Positions 58,785 through 61,443 of a stretch of 61,443 nt of DNA are shown piece after piece. Each line of letters begins with the position of its first letter. The stretch's first letter is position 1. The translations under genes were made by a program, and so were the position numbers. Below the pieces are notes generated by a model that worked only from the letters and a program-made list of their open reading frames with translations, was not told the DNA's origin and did not search any database. Origin of the DNA: a virus (Duplodnaviria; Caudoviricetes); IMG/VR virus record IMGVR_UViG_3300042905_004017, positions 1 through 61,443 of that record. One strand, given 5' to 3'.

Positions 58785-60069
58785 TAAACTATGTATGGCA
58801 CCATGGACGCATACATATCTCAGTCCTCAAACTGAAAGGCGTCTATGTTGTGCTAGTAGAGAACCTGCACAAAATTTTGCACAATACATAGATGTTAGTT
58901 CTGGTACAGGTCAATACATTCCAATCTCATTAGAACAGCATTGGAATGGTAATCATATGCGTAGTGTACGCCAACGAATGTTAGCAGGAGAAACACTACC
59001 TGAGTGCGAAGTATGTAACGAAAAATTACTAAACACAGACGTTTACCGCAGTTATTTTAATAATTTGTTTGCACATAAGTATCAACAAGTGTTAGAAAGT
59101 ACCGACGAAACAGGATATACAACTATGCAACCTGTTAGTTGGGATTACAGATTTAGTAATCTCTGTAACTTCAAATGCCGTATGTGCGGCGACATGTTGT
59201 CTAGTAGTTGGGAAAGTGAGCAAAGACAACACAATATGATCAATTGGCAGGATCCAAAAAATAATTGGATGCGGCCTGAAATCAAACACGAAATTGAACA
59301 GTTCCAGACAACTCAGATTGAAGCCGAGTTTGCAGCAGCAGTAGAGGACCACCGTATAGAGGAAGTGTATTGGGTGGGCGGAGAACCGTTAATGTATGAA
59401 CAGCATTGGCGGTATATGCAGCGCATTATAGAACTGGGAGATGGACCTAAAGTTTATGCTAGATACAATACTAATCTTAGTCGTGTTAATTACAGAGGCT
59501 GTAATCTTTATAGCGATATACTTACTAAACTGCGCGATTGGCAAATATGTGCCAGCATCGATGGCACAGGCCAAATTGGAGAATATATCCGAACAGGCCT
59601 TGATTATGAGGCATGGCTTGCTAACTTTAAGGAAGGAATTAGAATCTCTACGCACCGAAGGCAAATGAGATTAGACTTTACGCTTACCCTTCCGGGCATG
59701 TTTGAAGTAACGAATATACAGCAGTTAGCCGACAAGTTGGGTGTTGACATTCTGGCCAAGGTTGTGTTTAGTTTTACGCCGGACATAGTTATGTCACCTT
59801 TAGCCCTACCTAGATCCTTATTAGATCCTTGGGTAGACGAAACAATAATGGAACTTGGCACAGATGGCCCGTTAAAGGATATCTTGATTCAGCTTAAAAC
59901 ACGCCCTACCTTCCAAGAGCAATATGGTGAAACGGTATACCGTCAAGGTATTGCTCGAGGACGAGCTCGTGTGTTACAATTAGAATCTATTCGTAGTCAA
60001 AATATAACTATGGATGAAATACTATCAAAAAGAACGGATGTATATGAGTGGTGGACGGCCATCAGTTAA
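58771..60069 (+). CDS. Radical SAM enzyme with N-terminal twitch/SPASM domain
   Basis: CNFKCRMC, VGGEP, YNTN; N-terminal CMAPW...LCC...CEVC. Confidence 0.9.
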   Translation: MQKPDKLCMAPWTHTYLSPQTERRLCCASREPAQNFAQYIDVSSGTGQYIPISLEQHWNGNHMRSVRQRMLAGETLPECEVCNEKLLNTDVYRSYFNNLFAHKYQQVLESTDETGYTTMQPVSWDYRFSNLCNFKCRMCGDMLSSSWESEQRQHNMINWQDPKNNWMRPEIKHEIEQFQTTQIEAEFAAAVEDHRIEEVYWVGGEPLMYEQHWRYMQRIIELGDGPKVYARYNTNLSRVNYRGCNLYSDILTKLRDWQICASIDGTGQIGEYIRTGLDYEAWLANFKEGIRISTHRRQMRLDFTLTLPGMFEVTNIQQLADKLGVDILAKVVFSFTPDIVMSPLALPRSLLDPWVDETIMELGTDGPLKDILIQLKTRPTFQEQYGETVYRQGIARGRARVLQLESIRSQNITMDEILSKRTDVYEWWTAIS

Positions 60070-61228
60070 AGTTGTATTAAGAAATCCTTTAAACTATAGT
60101 GATCAAATTGACTACACTATAATTCCACATGACAATATTCTAGCACGAGATTGGACAGTAGCACTAAAATTGTTACTAGAATCAAATAGTTTGTTAGAGA
60201 AAAATTTTTGTTTTATAGGTTTTCCAAATAATTCAAGAAATATAGAATATCTTTGTAACGAAATCAATCGAGCAATATTTCAAATTAATACATTTAATGC
60301 CAGCTTGCAATGGCAAAAACAAGGATTACAATCATACATAATTGAAGATTTTTTTACTCCTGATGTTGTAAGATTCGGAGAAGAATATGAAACCGGACAC
60401 CAGGGTAATAAAGTGCATCATGACGATACTTATTATGCACAACATTTAGGTTTGCAAACTAAACAAAGTGCGTTAAACAGACTGCATAATCATTTTGAGA
60501 AGCTACAAGGTACTGTAGATAATTTGAGTTCTTATTACTTAGTAGCCGATTATGAAACAAAATATGCTATAAGACAATTAAATAATTTGTGTCATGAGTT
60601 AGAAAATTTACTTTTAAGTCAACACAAGCAGAAATATTTAAAAGAATGGATAAGACCAAGCCAAATAACCACGTGGTTACATGCAACCAGATATCACTTA
60701 ACAAATGAACACAAGCAACTCTTTTTAGTAAATAAATTTGATAGAAAATTTGGACATGTTTACATGCACTGGAGTCAGATTGGAAAAACTTACTATGAAG
60801 TATTCAGAGACGAGAACGCTCCTGATCTAATAGATACGGTATGTGATGCAATAACACAACTGGAATATTACAGCGGAGAGTTTGATGTTGAATGGGGCCA
60901 AGATACAGTTTATGGTAACCCAAACACAACTTGGGTAACTAAAGATTTAGATTTGTTTTATAATTGGTTAATCAAAAACAACAAAGATCCTGATGATCCT
61001 AATTTGTGTAATGGGTACATTCCAATTGGAGAAATAGATTTACAAAAATCGTTTGGATCAAAAAACAAGTTTGATATATGGGAAATTTTAAGCAGTCATC
61101 TTGACATTTACAGTATTGAAGTTGACGGAATAAAAAAAACGTATGAATATTGTTGGACGGATGCTAGTTATAAACAAATGCAAATAGACATAATGAAACC
61201 AGGATATGATTTTAGTAGCAGGCGGTGA
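60044..61228 (+). CDS. Hypothetical protein of the modification cluster
   Basis: Long ORF; LN.LH..FE, LN.LCHE.E and VYMHW.Q.GK suggest His-based metal binding; likely start 60044. Confidence 0.65.
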   Translation: MSGGRPSVKVVLRNPLNYSDQIDYTIIPHDNILARDWTVALKLLLESNSLLEKNFCFIGFPNNSRNIEYLCNEINRAIFQINTFNASLQWQKQGLQSYIIEDFFTPDVVRFGEEYETGHQGNKVHHDDTYYAQHLGLQTKQSALNRLHNHFEKLQGTVDNLSSYYLVADYETKYAIRQLNNLCHELENLLLSQHKQKYLKEWIRPSQITTWLHATRYHLTNEHKQLFLVNKFDRKFGHVYMHWSQIGKTYYEVFRDENAPDLIDTVCDAITQLEYYSGEFDVEWGQDTVYGNPNTTWVTKDLDLFYNWLIKNNKDPDDPNLCNGYIPIGEIDLQKSFGSKNKFDIWEILSSHLDIYSIEVDGIKKTYEYCWTDASYKQMQIDIMKPGYDFSSRR

Positions 61229-61443
61229 TAGTTTTGTATACGGCAGTGAACTAAAAGATTGTAACGTCAATATTAATCGTGCCGACTCAATAAAAAATGT
61301 TTACAATCATAGTTCTCTTACTTTTCCGGCATTATTAGCTGATAATTTAAAATATATCTGTACCGCCTGGCCAGGGTACAGCAATGAAAGTATTGCTAGA
61401 ACAGTAATAGCGGAATGTTCACAATTTGATAATTGTGGTGTGC
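61206..61443 (+). CDS. SGNH/GDSL-like hydrolase, partial (runs off the window)
   Basis: Hand translation MILVAGGDSFVYGSEL...AWPGYSNESIAR shows the GDS block and G.SN. Confidence 0.7.
   Translation, partial: MILVAGGDSFVYGSELKDCNVNINRADSIKNVYNHSSLTFPALLADNLKYICTAWPGYSNESIARTVIAECSQFDNCGV

Noticed and set aside
1-61443. Stop-codon reassignment, as seen in some large phages
   Set aside because: Core genes are full length in the standard code, and TAA, TGA and TAG all end genes.
1-61443. CRISPR array, tRNA genes, integrase/transposase, reverse transcriptase (DGR or retron)
   Set aside because: None seen by eye; intergenic space is minimal and no ORF shows the relevant motifs. A tRNAscan or repeat search would be needed to fully exclude them.

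Overview
This window is a fragment of a large (jumbo-type) myovirus genome, distantly T4-like, using the standard genetic code. From left to right it contains five blocks. (1) A minus-strand head module: major capsid (truncated at the window edge), scaffold, prohead protease, an acidic core protein, portal, and a tape-measure-like gene. (2) A divergent plus-strand gp26-like gene whose 3' end has a T-TTT-TTC slippery site leading by -1 frameshift into the next small ORF. (3) A ~410-nt densely structured non-coding region with minus-strand tetraloops, at the 3' end of a minus-strand operon. That operon encodes a gp55-like late sigma factor, gp47/gp46 nuclease, a GIY-YIG nuclease and several inserted modification enzymes. 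(4) A ~30-kb plus-strand baseplate and fibre operon, including a 4430-aa protein. (5) A ~12-kb cluster of glycosyltransferase-like, radical SAM and SGNH genes. TAAATA late-promoter motifs precede most structural genes. The best candidates for undescribed biology are the large structured ncRNA near the GIY-YIG gene, a seven-member radical SAM plus glycosyltransferase set that may modify Asn-rich virion proteins, the predicted frameshift, and a ~45-aa module inserted in three baseplate proteins. All product calls come from motif recognition and gene order; no database searches or folding programs were run.
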